Positions 9,539 through 18,329 of a DNA stretch of 64,000 nt are shown here, piece by piece (within the stretch, counting starts at the first letter, position 1; each line of letters opens with the position of its first letter). Source of the stretch: an uncultured Thermoplasmata archaeon. GTDB lineage: Archaea; Thermoplasmatota; Thermoplasmata; UBA10834. Location: positions 288,001-352,000 of the forward strand of contig CAVRDX010000004.1 in NCBI GenBank assembly GCA_963719945.1, in the 5' to 3' direction. The notes beneath the pieces are model-generated. The model was not told where the DNA came from, ran no database searches, and saw nothing but the letters and a program-made list of their open reading frames with translations. Position numbers and translations under genes: made by a program.

Positions 9539-10395
9539 CGAGATGCCTCCTTCAGAATGCAGTCTCTTAGCTCCGAGAATACACTAGCATATTCCGGAAG
9601 GTCCGAGATGATTCCTCCTTTCGAGTAGATCTCGGCAATCCTTCTATCAAGGGGTAATGTGCCAGCTACTGGCACATCTAGCGATTCACATAGCTTGCGG
9701 ACATTTGGGCCGGGGAGACCATACTTGTTGATGAACACCATCGTGGGTATGTCGAGCTTTCTTGTCACGTTTAGCGCCAGCTTCAGGTCATGGATCCCAA
9801 ACGGAGTGGGCTCGGTCACCAGAACGCAGATGTCTGCTCCTCTGATGCTCTCCACCGCTGTGCATGCTGTCCCAGGCGGGCAATCTATTATCGTTACATA
9901 ATCGCCAGGGATCGCCCTCTTCACCTTCTTTATCAATGAGGTAGCCGTTGCCTCGCCCACCTTCAACCTCCCATACAGGAGGTTCAGTATGCCTCCATTC
10001 GCTCTGACGATGGCACCCATCATATGGTCCTTCTCAATGATCGCATCTTCCGGACAGAGCATCGTGCATGCGCCACAGCCATGGCAGAGTTCTTCGAATA
10101 CCATGACTTCCTTGGGCAGCACGACGATGGCATGGAATTCACATACTTTGCCGCAATTCCCGCATAGCGTGCATTTGTCTCGGTCTATTTTTGGCACGGG
10201 TCTGTAGGCAGCTTGCTCCGAATTGGAGGTGGCGCCTGCAAAGATGTGGCAGTTGGGCTCTTCCACATCCAGATCAACGAGAAGAGAACCATCAGTCACT
10301 GCTGCGAGGTTGGTGGCGACCAGGGTCTTTCCAGTCCCTCCCTTTCCGCTGGCTATCGCTATTCTGATTGGATCTCCTCCATTACACGAGGGCAT
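9535..10395 (-). CDS. MinD-superfamily P-loop ATPase with inserted ferredoxin (partner paralog)
   Basis: ASGKGGTGKT, DLDVEEPNCH, CTLCGNC/CHGCGAC, DCPPGTAC, TEPTPFGIHDL; start uncertain. Confidence 0.9.
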   Translation of the reverse strand: MPSCNGGDPIRIAIASGKGGTGKTLVATNLAAVTDGSLLVDLDVEEPNCHIFAGATSNSEQAAYRPVPKIDRDKCTLCGNCGKVCEFHAIVVLPKEVMVFEELCHGCGACTMLCPEDAIIEKDHMMGAIVRANGGILNLLYGRLKVGEATATSLIKKVKRAIPGDYVTIIDCPPGTACTAVESIRGADICVLVTEPTPFGIHDLKLALNVTRKLDIPTMVFINKYGLPGPNVRKLCESLDVPVAGTLPLDRRIAEIYSKGGIISDLPEYASVFSELRDCILKEASR

Positions 10396-10397
10396 GA

Positions 10398-10757
10398 TCA
10401 GTGGTGATGATCCTTGCATGCGATATCATGTGTCGCTGGCTGCAGCTTACCCTCGGTCCACAGCTTGATTGCGTCTCTCGCAGTTCCGGTCGCTCCTACG
10501 AATACTTCGATGTTGAACGACTGGAGCATGTCGATTGCCCTTGGTCCAAGGCCAGCGCATAGCATGATCCGAGCACCGGTTTTCGCTATGTGCTCTGGTG
10601 GTTTTCCAAGGCCACCCATGTGCTCGCTCCTGTTCTTCACGATCAAAACATCGTTGCTGTCGAGGTCCACTACCGTGAACGTCGGCGCGCGGCCGAAGTG
10701 ATCGCTCACAAGATCATCCAATCCACCTTTGTCCATTGTTGGTATGCAGAGTTTCAT
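10398..10757 (-). CDS. NifB/NifX-family (FeMo-co-type) cluster-binding protein
   Basis: HFGRAPTF, GLGPRA, C-terminal CKDHHH. Confidence 0.88.
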   Translation of the reverse strand: MKLCIPTMDKGGLDDLVSDHFGRAPTFTVVDLDSNDVLIVKNRSEHMGGLGKPPEHIAKTGARIMLCAGLGPRAIDMLQSFNIEVFVGATGTARDAIKLWTEGKLQPATHDIACKDHHH

Positions 10758-10915
10758 CTGTTAGCACTCCTGTTCTTTTCGATCTTATCTTTGAATCGCA
10801 TCCTCCACCCTTCTCTGAGTATTTTGGTGGAGCCGCAGCAAAAGCATTTATCGGGTTTCTCGGGCATGGCAATATCGAGTCCGCATGCACCACATCTGAA
10901 TCTGAGGATTCTCAA
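10754..10915 (-). CDS. Small Cys-rich zinc-ribbon protein (53 aa)
   Basis: TTG start overlapping the upstream TGA (TTGA) after GGGGA; FRCGACG...KCFCCGS. Confidence 0.65.
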   Translation of the reverse strand: MRILRFRCGACGLDIAMPEKPDKCFCCGSTKILREGWRMRFKDKIEKNRSANR

Positions 10916-11379
10916 TTCGTCCCCTTCTTGGTTTTTGAATTTCTTCCTTCGCAATCTCTTATTGCATTCCTGAACGCGATTATGGCGAGGTTGGCGCAAT
11001 GCCTGTGATCCTCCGGAAGCCCTCCCAGCGAGTGTTCGAGTTCCTCCGCCCTCAGCTTCTTTGCCTCGTCGATGGTCTTGCCAGAAACCATCTTTGTCAG
11101 CCGACTTCCGCAGGCTATAGTCGCGCCGCAGCCATCAGTATAGAATACACATCGCGTTATGCGGCCGTCCTCCACTCTTATCCATATCTCCATTGTGTCC
11201 TTGCATAGACCATCTGCGATGCCATTCCCATTTGCTTCGTCGATAGGACCTACGTTCGCCGGATTCCTGAACTCAGCGATGACCTCTTTTGAATAGATCG
11301 CTGATTCATCCGCATCGATTACGGCCATTATGTTATCGACGAGTCTGTCGAGTTCGGAGGCTTCTTGTTCGTCGCTCAT
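10912..11379 (-). CDS. IscU/NifU-type Fe-S cluster assembly scaffold
   Basis: FRNPANVG and three conserved Cys (GLCKDTM, DGCGAT, HRHCANLA). Confidence 0.9.
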   Translation of the reverse strand: MSDEQEASELDRLVDNIMAVIDADESAIYSKEVIAEFRNPANVGPIDEANGNGIADGLCKDTMEIWIRVEDGRITRCVFYTDGCGATIACGSRLTKMVSGKTIDEAKKLRAEELEHSLGGLPEDHRHCANLAIIAFRNAIRDCEGRNSKTKKGTN

Positions 11380-11386
11380 GGCACCC

Positions 11387-11809
11387 TCATCCATTTGGAT
11401 TCGGCCCATGCGGACCACGACCATGATGCCCAGGGGATGTCCATGACGCCATCTGCGTCAGTTCTCCTTTCTTGAATGCATCAACTGCAGACCCGACCGT
11501 CCCTACGCATCTCGTGAATGCAGCGACACCGCTGCCGTTCAAAACCATGAAAGCGTTAGGTCCAAGATGTCCAGTGATCACCACTCCGACTCCAAGGTCC
11601 ACGACCTTCTGAGCCGCCTGAGTGCCGGCTCCACTGCCGGAGTCCTGGCCAGGGTTTCTTACCGCTCGATGTGATCCATCTGTCTCGAACACGACGAAGT
11701 AATTGCATCGGCCGAATCGTGGATCAAGAGGTGAATCTATCGAATCACCAGTCGCACTCACTGCTATGCATCGCTTGTCTTCGTCTCTTGCAGACTCTCT
11801 CGAATTCAT
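11387..11809 (-). CDS. NifB/NifX-family cluster-binding protein
   Basis: DPRFGRCNYF, GAGTQAAQ, ITGHLGPNA; ATG 11809 after GGAGTG. Confidence 0.88.
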   Translation of the reverse strand: MNSRESARDEDKRCIAVSATGDSIDSPLDPRFGRCNYFVVFETDGSHRAVRNPGQDSGSGAGTQAAQKVVDLGVGVVITGHLGPNAFMVLNGSGVAAFTRCVGTVGSAVDAFKKGELTQMASWTSPGHHGRGPHGPNPNG

Positions 11810-11813
11810 GTAT

Positions 11814-12144
11814 TCACTCCCAACATTGAGTCCCACGCATTCTTGAGCCACAATATGGACACAAAGTCCTGTTGCATGGCACGCCTCTTGTTGCGTGAGG
11901 CACTCGTTTCCCGCACTTCGGGCACACGCATAAGGTGGACCCGAACTCGGAACAGTCGTCACTTGAGGATTCTTGGTTCTCCGCCAATCCTTCCCCTCCA
12001 GAATCTTTGAGGGCGCATCCGTCTCGGATTGCCAAGATTGCATCCACACTGACATGGTCTGCCTCTAGATCCGAATCCTGGGTCACCGGATTTGTGATAT
12101 TCGCGGTTGTATCCAGCACCACGTCCTCCGATACCTCTCCTCAT
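11814..12144 (-). CDS. Gly/Arg-rich protein with C-terminal CVCPKC...PC...CPYC motif (apparent frameshift)
   Basis: N-terminal MRRGIGGRGAG (ORF 11959-12144) and C-terminal Cys cluster (ORF 11814-12122) lie in adjacent frames. This architecture is typical of small proteins in such operons. Confidence 0.65.
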
Positions 12145-13005
12145 CTAGCTCACCTCTTTTTCAACCAACTTGATGATCCTGTCCGTGATTGGTTCGAAAG
12201 CCTTTGACGCACCATTCGAGCCACCTGCAAATGGCTTGCCCTCATCACCGCTCTTGGCAATCTCGGGATCGATAGGAAGCTTTCCAAGGATTGATATGGA
12301 GAGATCTTTGACAGCTCTCTCGACGCCGCCGTCCTCGAACAGCTTTATTTCCTTTCCACAATGCGGGCATTGCAGGCCATACATGTTCTCAACAAGTCCC
12401 AGTGTTCTCAGTCCGACTGCCTTCGCGAAATTGATGGATTTCCTGACGCTGAGGAGGGCGACATCCTGAGGCGTGGTCACTATGATTGTCCCGTCGGGGG
12501 ATGGGACGAGCTGGGCCACGCTCAATGGCTCATCTCCAGTCCCTGGAGGCAGGTCGACGATCAGATAATCAAGTTCACCCCAGGATACCTCTTCGAGAAA
12601 CTGCTTTATCGCGCCCATCTTCACAGGCCCTCGCCAGATCACCGGCGAGTCTTTGTCCTTGAGCAAGAATGCAATCGAAACGACCTTGATCGATGATCCG
12701 AAGATGGCAGGCATGATCTTGCCGTTCTCGTCTATGTTCAATGGCAGATTCGGCAATCCCAACATTTTGGGCACGCTTGGGCCATGCATGTCCGCATCAA
12801 GCAGACCGACTTTCCTTCCTTTCTTGGCTAATCCTGCAGCGAGATTCACGGCAACAGTGGATTTCCCAACGCCGCCCTTGCCGCTCATCACTATGATCTT
12901 GTGTTTGACCCCTCTGAGGTTCTCCTCTGCGCTGTTGCCGGATTTATCCTTGGAGGGAGCTGTCTGCTTTCCAGTGAATGCGTTCATACTATCGACACTC
13001 TCCAT
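12145..13005 (-). CDS. mrp: Mrp/ApbC/NBP35 Fe-S carrier ATPase
   Basis: SGKGGVGKS, DADMHGPS, VIWRGP, DLPPGTGD, ENM...CPHC. Confidence 0.95.
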   Translation of the reverse strand: MESVDSMNAFTGKQTAPSKDKSGNSAEENLRGVKHKIIVMSGKGGVGKSTVAVNLAAGLAKKGRKVGLLDADMHGPSVPKMLGLPNLPLNIDENGKIMPAIFGSSIKVVSIAFLLKDKDSPVIWRGPVKMGAIKQFLEEVSWGELDYLIVDLPPGTGDEPLSVAQLVPSPDGTIIVTTPQDVALLSVRKSINFAKAVGLRTLGLVENMYGLQCPHCGKEIKLFEDGGVERAVKDLSISILGKLPIDPEIAKSGDEGKPFAGGSNGASKAFEPITDRIIKLVEKEVS

Positions 13006-13010
13006 CTGAT

Positions 13011-13397
13011 CTAGCAGGTGAACACTCGGTCTGCATCAGCAGCCTCAGCAGCGAAATCCATGAGGTTGATGAACTCGACTCCCTCGATGAACGCTTTCTT
13101 GTCTATGCCCCTTGTTTCAAGGCAAGGGATGCAGACCTGGACTTTGCCACCGCTCTGCACGAACGCGTCGATCATCTGCTTCACAGGTGCCATGCCCTCT
13201 ACCGACTTGAGCTTCTCCGCAAAACCCTTCTGGACAAGCTTGACCCCGCTTCCGGTCAAGAACACCTTCGTCTTGATGCCAAGCGCGGATGATGCGCCTG
13301 CACAAGCGAAGGTCATGGTCGCTCTTTCGACATCCTCGTCTCCGTGCGTTCCAACAACGATGAACGACTTCTTGCTGTAATCTTTAGCTTCTGACAT
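13011..13397 (-). CDS. DsrE-family protein
   Basis: 128 aa, VFLTGSGV, VCIPCLETRG. Confidence 0.85.
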   Translation of the reverse strand: MSEAKDYSKKSFIVVGTHGDEDVERATMTFACAGASSALGIKTKVFLTGSGVKLVQKGFAEKLKSVEGMAPVKQMIDAFVQSGGKVQVCIPCLETRGIDKKAFIEGVEFINLMDFAAEAADADRVFTC

Positions 13398-13471
13398 TCT
13401 GATACCTATGTGATACTAGCGGCATCAGGGTCAAGTCAGGAACGGCGAACAAGTTCGCCGCCCGCCAAATA

Positions 13472-14065
13472 TCAATCTTCAGAAAGGCCAAACCTGTTCT
13501 CCTTGTAGTACGCGCTGTATATGGCTCCAATTGGGTTGTGCGCGAGCACTCGATCCTTCACTATGAGTGTCGTCACAGGTGCCTTCGAGTGTTTCGTGAA
13601 GAGTATGTCGTGCCCGATGCACAGGCCGATCGCGATGTTCATTTCAGTGCCTACCTCTGCGAGGCACATGGCTTGACCGATTGGATTGCAGACTGCTTCA
13701 TTGGCGCTATCTCCATGCATCTTGACCACTCCAAGGTCAGCCTTGTCTATTCCGCAGACCTTGCAGCATACTGAATGGACTTCGAAGTCGTTCTTCTGCA
13801 GGATATCCGTGATGGTTCTTGCCTCCGATGAAAGGCCGACACAGAATGCCACCCCGAGCTTCTTCATTCCCATCTCTTTCGCGTAGATGATCAGCTCTTC
13901 GAGTCTCGTTAGCTTCATGTAGTGCTCGGCTTCGATCTTGCCTGAGACGAGCATGGATTCGAGGTCGAACCCTTCGTACTCTCTCTTGGCCTTCTGCGCC
14001 AAACCGAAGCAGTCTTTACCCTCGTAGCAGTCCTTCTTGTCGCAATGCGCGCAATCCGTTCGCAT
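13472..14065 (-). CDS. DUF1847-family Cys-rich metal-binding protein
   Basis: CAHC start, TRLEE, AFCVGL, CCKVCG, CNPIGQA, GLCIGHD, KDRVLAHNP. Confidence 0.88.
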   Translation of the reverse strand: MRTDCAHCDKKDCYEGKDCFGLAQKAKREYEGFDLESMLVSGKIEAEHYMKLTRLEELIIYAKEMGMKKLGVAFCVGLSSEARTITDILQKNDFEVHSVCCKVCGIDKADLGVVKMHGDSANEAVCNPIGQAMCLAEVGTEMNIAIGLCIGHDILFTKHSKAPVTTLIVKDRVLAHNPIGAIYSAYYKENRFGLSED

Positions 14066-14096
14066 CTTCCACACCTTCCTTCGTCTCGCAGCAGTA

Positions 14097-14741
14097 TCAG
14101 CAGATCTCTCCAATATGGCTCGCAACAAGCTTCCTCTCAGCCCTTCGCAAGATGACATCGAGAGTCGCTTTTGATATCTCCAACTTCTTCGCGAGCTTAT
14201 CGAGCGTGACCTTCCTCGGAATTTCGAAATATCCTGACTGGAACGCGATCTGGAGCACTTTCTCCTGGGCAACAGTCAGTTCGGAGGCGGTTCTCATGAC
14301 CGATACTTTCTCCACCTCGACGGTGCAACCCAAATCCTTGACCTTGGCCACAAGGTCTGTCAGAACCGCAGCATTTGGAGCTATCACGTTCCATTGCATG
14401 ACGCCGTTCTCGCGGTTGGATGCGGAATCTAGAAAACATCCAGAATCGGCCATCAATCTGCAGGCTGCACAAGTCTGGAGTTCCACGGTGCCGATGTGTC
14501 GACCAGGCCCTGCGCTTGTGAGCTGCACGTTGCAGTTCGGTTCGATGGCGCGTATCTTATCGACAAGCTCCTCTTGCGTGATCCCAGGATCCGTATCTAT
14601 CTGGAGGAGGCTCTGTCCGCCGGTACCGTTCTTCGGTATGCATCTGAGTATCTTCACTGAGAGGTCGCAACTGCTCGCGAGGCACCCTATCCAGTTGCCT
14701 GGTATCTTGATAAGAAGTGACGCGAATCTCAAACCGATCAT
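14097..14741 (-). CDS. HTH_10 (Bat-type HTH) transcriptional regulator
   Basis: LTVAQEKVLQIAFQSGYFEIPRKVTLDKLA...LRRAERK; ATGA overlap with the upstream gene; CAAC motif. Confidence 0.88.
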   Translation of the reverse strand: MIGLRFASLLIKIPGNWIGCLASSCDLSVKILRCIPKNGTGGQSLLQIDTDPGITQEELVDKIRAIEPNCNVQLTSAGPGRHIGTVELQTCAACRLMADSGCFLDSASNRENGVMQWNVIAPNAAVLTDLVAKVKDLGCTVEVEKVSVMRTASELTVAQEKVLQIAFQSGYFEIPRKVTLDKLAKKLEISKATLDVILRRAERKLVASHIGEIC

Positions 14742-15095
14742 CCGTTTCCTTCTGCCGTCGTCTCGATCGATTCTGACTCCGGTCCTTTCGAGCGGACGGG
14801 TCGATTGTATGCGGGACATTCCTCGCGAATCTTGAGTGCAGAACCGTCGATCAACGATTTTGCCGCCTTATATCTGGCGCTCGACAATATTCGATTAAAT
14901 GTCGGTTGTGACACGTCCATCTTCTCTGCGGATTGACCTTGTGAAAATCCTTCCAGATCCGACAATCTGAGTGCCTCTAGTTCATCCAAGTTCCATCTCT
15001 ATGCTTGATAGTTCGTTCAAGGGAGTCCCTTGTGGTTTGAATATCTTGTAATTGGGGTCCAGGCAGACCTTTCTGCATCTCTTTGGTCTAGGCAC
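14738..15095 (-). CDS. DUF134-family putative DNA-binding protein (apparent frameshift at 14986-14987)
   Basis: GTG start MPRPKRCRKV...FKPQG, then DELEALRLSDLEGFSQGQSAEKMDVSQPTFNRILSSAR in the next frame. Confidence 0.85.
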
Positions 15096-15096
15096 G

Positions 15097-15118
15097 GTTA
15101 TGAATAATAATTCATAAC
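15097..15118. promoter_or_regulatory. Perfect inverted repeat, candidate operator of the DUF134 operon
   Basis: GTTATGAAT-AATA-ATTCATAAC immediately upstream of the GTG at 15095. Confidence 0.7.
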
Positions 15119-15242
15119 TACTTTAATCTTGTCCATGAATAACCTCGAGGTCGAGCAGTCATACCGAACCTCAGGCTAGGCATCTGCGTCGATCATCACG
15201 AACGTGTCCCGATGGAATTGAAAATCATCGTCGATTATTATG

Positions 15243-15266
15243 CATCATTTATATAGTCAAATGATG
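15243..15266 (+). promoter_or_regulatory. Inverted repeat overlapping a TATA box upstream of the response-regulator operon
   Basis: CATCATTT-N8-AAATGATG with TTTATATA at 15248-15255. Confidence 0.55.
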
Positions 15267-15514
15267 ACCTCAGATGCTTTGATTCCTGATGCGTGTTTTA
15301 TGAGTGAGGCGAAACCATTAACACCCGTAAACCTCCATATCTATTCCTAGGACTCTTGGCATTCGCTGAGAGGGTAGGTGGTTTGTTTCATGGAGCGACC
15401 AGTAGATCGGTCCACCGGTGCCTCTGCATCCAGAGGCCGGGGAACCCATTGAGCTGACAGGCTACCGACTGTTGACCATCTCCGTCCGGTTCAGAGATGG
15501 TGCATGGAGGTGAG

Positions 15515-15973
15515 ATGGTGGATAGACAGAATATTGGAGACCCGATCAAAATATTGTTGGTGGAGGACAATCCAGGGGATGTTCGACTCACCGTAGAACT
15601 CTTCAAGGAATGCAAGATAAGAAACGACATGTTTGTCGTCAACGACGGCATAGAAGCAATGGAATACCTGAGACACGCGGGGAAGTACGCCGATTCGAAA
15701 CATCCGGACTTGATACTTCTGGACCTCAACCTTCCACGTAAGGATGGACGCGAGGTTCTAAAAGAGATCAAGACCGATGAGAAACTGAAGCGGATCCCCG
15801 TTGTCATCCTGACCACGTCCAGGGCAGAGGCGGACATAATCAGGACCTACGATTCATACGCAAATTGCTATGTCACGAAACCTGTGAACCTCGACGAGTT
15901 CATGAAAGTCGTTCAATCTATCGAGTCATTCTGGCTTTCTATAGTGAAGCTGCCTCCTGATGGCACGAGGTGA
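15515..15973 (+). CDS. Single-domain response regulator (Rcp1-type)
   Basis: [43 protein letters not shown]; GGAGGTGA RBS. Confidence 0.93.
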   Translation: MVDRQNIGDPIKILLVEDNPGDVRLTVELFKECKIRNDMFVVNDGIEAMEYLRHAGKYADSKHPDLILLDLNLPRKDGREVLKEIKTDEKLKRIPVVILTTSRAEADIIRTYDSYANCYVTKPVNLDEFMKVVQSIESFWLSIVKLPPDGTR

Positions 15974-15983
15974 ACCTTAGGGT

Positions 15984-17838
15984 ATGTTGAGCGTACTGCT
16001 TATAGAAGACAACCAGGGCGATGTCCGCTTGATTCGGGAAATGATCAGGGAGAGAGAGACCGTCTCTCTATTCGCCCTCGAATACGTATCGACATTAGAG
16101 GACGGACTGGAGGCCATCGACAATGGACACTTCGATATCATCCTACTCGACTTGGGATTGCCAGACAGCCAGGGATTGAATACCCTGAGGACGTTGCGGT
16201 CCAAAGCCCCGAAGTCGCCTATTGTCATCATCACCGGACTTGCGGATGAAGTCACTGGGATATCTTCCTTGGAAATAGGCGCAGATGATTTTCTGAATAA
16301 GAGGGAGCTGAACGCAAGCTATCTGACCCATGCGATATTGTATGCGATTCAGAGAAAGGCCTTGACTGAGAAGTTGAAGCTGAGCGACGCATCGGTCGAA
16401 TCTGCGAACAGCGGGCTTATTGTAGCTGGACCGAAGTGGGAGATACAACATGCGAATTTGTCCGCTTCACAATACCTAGGCTACACCCAGACAGAGCTTC
16501 ATAATCAGTTATTGACCAAGTTCTCGAAGGATGAATCTAAACTCGTTGCTGGGCTGAGATCCGTTGTGATGACTTCAAGCTGGAGCGATGAGATCGAGAT
16601 GATTCGAAAGGATGGCGATCCGTTGCTGGCCGAAGTGTCAGCCACCGCTGTCAAGGACGAATCTGGCAAAGTCACGTACATAATCGTCTCCTTCTCGGAC
16701 ATTTCTGCTCTGAGGGCTGCGGAGCATGAGCTTCAAGCCACAGAGAAGAAGTATCAGCACCTATTCACTATTGCAATGGAAGGATTCTGGGTGATTGATC
16801 CTTCTGCCAAGACTATCCTAGCTAATCCCAGGATGGCTGAGATGCTCGGATACACTTCTGAGGAAATGGCTGGCAGAAGCCTCTTCGAGTTCATGGATGG
16901 CGAGAGCAAGGAGCTCATCAATATGCTCCTGCGGCCGCGGAAGTCTGGCATGTCTGAGAAACACGAAATCACTTTCGTGAAGAAGGACGGATCCGCGCTG
17001 TATGCCCTTCTGCACGCCACGCCGATCATGGATCCGGATGGTTCGTATTCTGGAGCACTTGCGTGCGTCGCAGACATATCTGATCGCAAGCGATATGAGA
17101 TTGAGCTTAAGGAACGAACCGAAGAGGCCGAGGCGCAGCGGCAGCGGGCTCGCACATATTTCGATTTGCTGGCACACGACATTGCAAACCTGATCTCGCC
17201 TATTCAGCTATATTGCGATCTCACCCGCCTTGAGAAGAATCATTCCTCGGAGACTCTGCTTCGGGCTAAGCGTTTGTCAGACCAATCGAAAAGAGCATCA
17301 TCATTGATCATCAACCTCAGAATGCTGGAGGAGCTTGAGCGAGTCGGCCCAGGGAACGTCGAATCGATCGACCTCATTGAAGTAATTGCGGATGTGAACG
17401 AGAAGGCAAGGTCGGAGTATTGGTCGAAGAGCGTCAGTCTGAAGATCGTTGGTCACAAAGGGGAAAGCGTCCATGTTAAAGGTGGCACATGGACGAAGCA
17501 TGTCATATCCGAGATTATCAACAATTCGGTCAAGCACTCCGATAGCAACGCTGTCAATATCCGCATCAGCATTTCAGAGGTTGACTGTGGGTCCGGAATT
17601 GAAGGTTGGCAGATTGATTTCAGTGACGATGGCCCTGGCATTCCAAACGATATGAAGGATCTTCTCTTCTCTACGTTTCGACCCAATGAGGCGTTTCAAG
17701 CGAGGAGTCGCTACGAACATGTCTTTCTGTTCCAGTTTCGTCAAGCATTTTGGAGGCGAGATAATAATCGGCGACCGAATTGAATCCCACCCTGAGAAAG
17801 GTGCCAAGATCACATTGAGATTGCCAAAAGGTGAGTGA
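15984..17838 (+). CDS. Hybrid sensor kinase REC-PAS-PAS-HisKA-HATPase (apparent frameshift near 17676)
   Basis: REC (LLDLGLPD), two PAS/PAC, H-box LAHDIAN, N-box NNSVKHS, DDGPGIP. The C-terminus KHFGGEIII...KGAKITLRLP is in the next frame, ending at TGA 17838. Confidence 0.88.
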
Positions 17839-18277
17839 CTTGAAAGCAGGAATATTCGTTGTCGAAGATGAGGCAGCCTTCTTCGAGATATACAATGCGG
17901 TATTTTCGTTGCTTGGGCTCGAATTGGTCGGTTGGGCGTACAGCGGCGAGGAGGGCATTGACAAGTTCAAGCAACTGGATGCCTGTCCCGCGCTGGTCAT
18001 AATGGATCACAGGCTTCCTGGGAAGAATGGCATAGAGACGATGCTCGAGATGTCTCGCATATGGCCTGATGTCAAGACGTTGTTTGTGAGCGCGGACGGA
18101 TCGGTTAGGGGAGATGCGCTTTGCCATGGTGCGCTTGACTTCATTCAGAAACCGTTCGAGTTGCGTGATTTCATGGTAGCGATCAAAAAGAGCATACCGG
18201 GGTTCTCCACCAAGATTGACGGTGAGAAGGCCAACGTTCGGAAGTTGAAGTCAGACCATGTCATTGAGTCAACCTGA
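17831..18277 (+). CDS. Single-domain response regulator
   Basis: VVEDE, IMDHRLPGKNG, FVSAD, FIQKPF. Confidence 0.9.
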   Translation: MSDLKAGIFVVEDEAAFFEIYNAVFSLLGLELVGWAYSGEEGIDKFKQLDACPALVIMDHRLPGKNGIETMLEMSRIWPDVKTLFVSADGSVRGDALCHGALDFIQKPFELRDFMVAIKKSIPGFSTKIDGEKANVRKLKSDHVIEST

Positions 18278-18329
18278 GGACCATTATCATTTGGATGGTG
18301 ACACTCTGATCGACGGATTATTTCCAGGG

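Noticed and set aside
15285-15390. CTGATG...CGAAAC as a hammerhead ribozyme, or GGCGAAACCATT as a c-di-GMP-I riboswitch
   Set aside because: Core reads CTGATGC rather than CTGATGA and stem II does not form; the c-di-GMP P2 GNRA hairpin and GGGACGCAAAGCC segment are missing.
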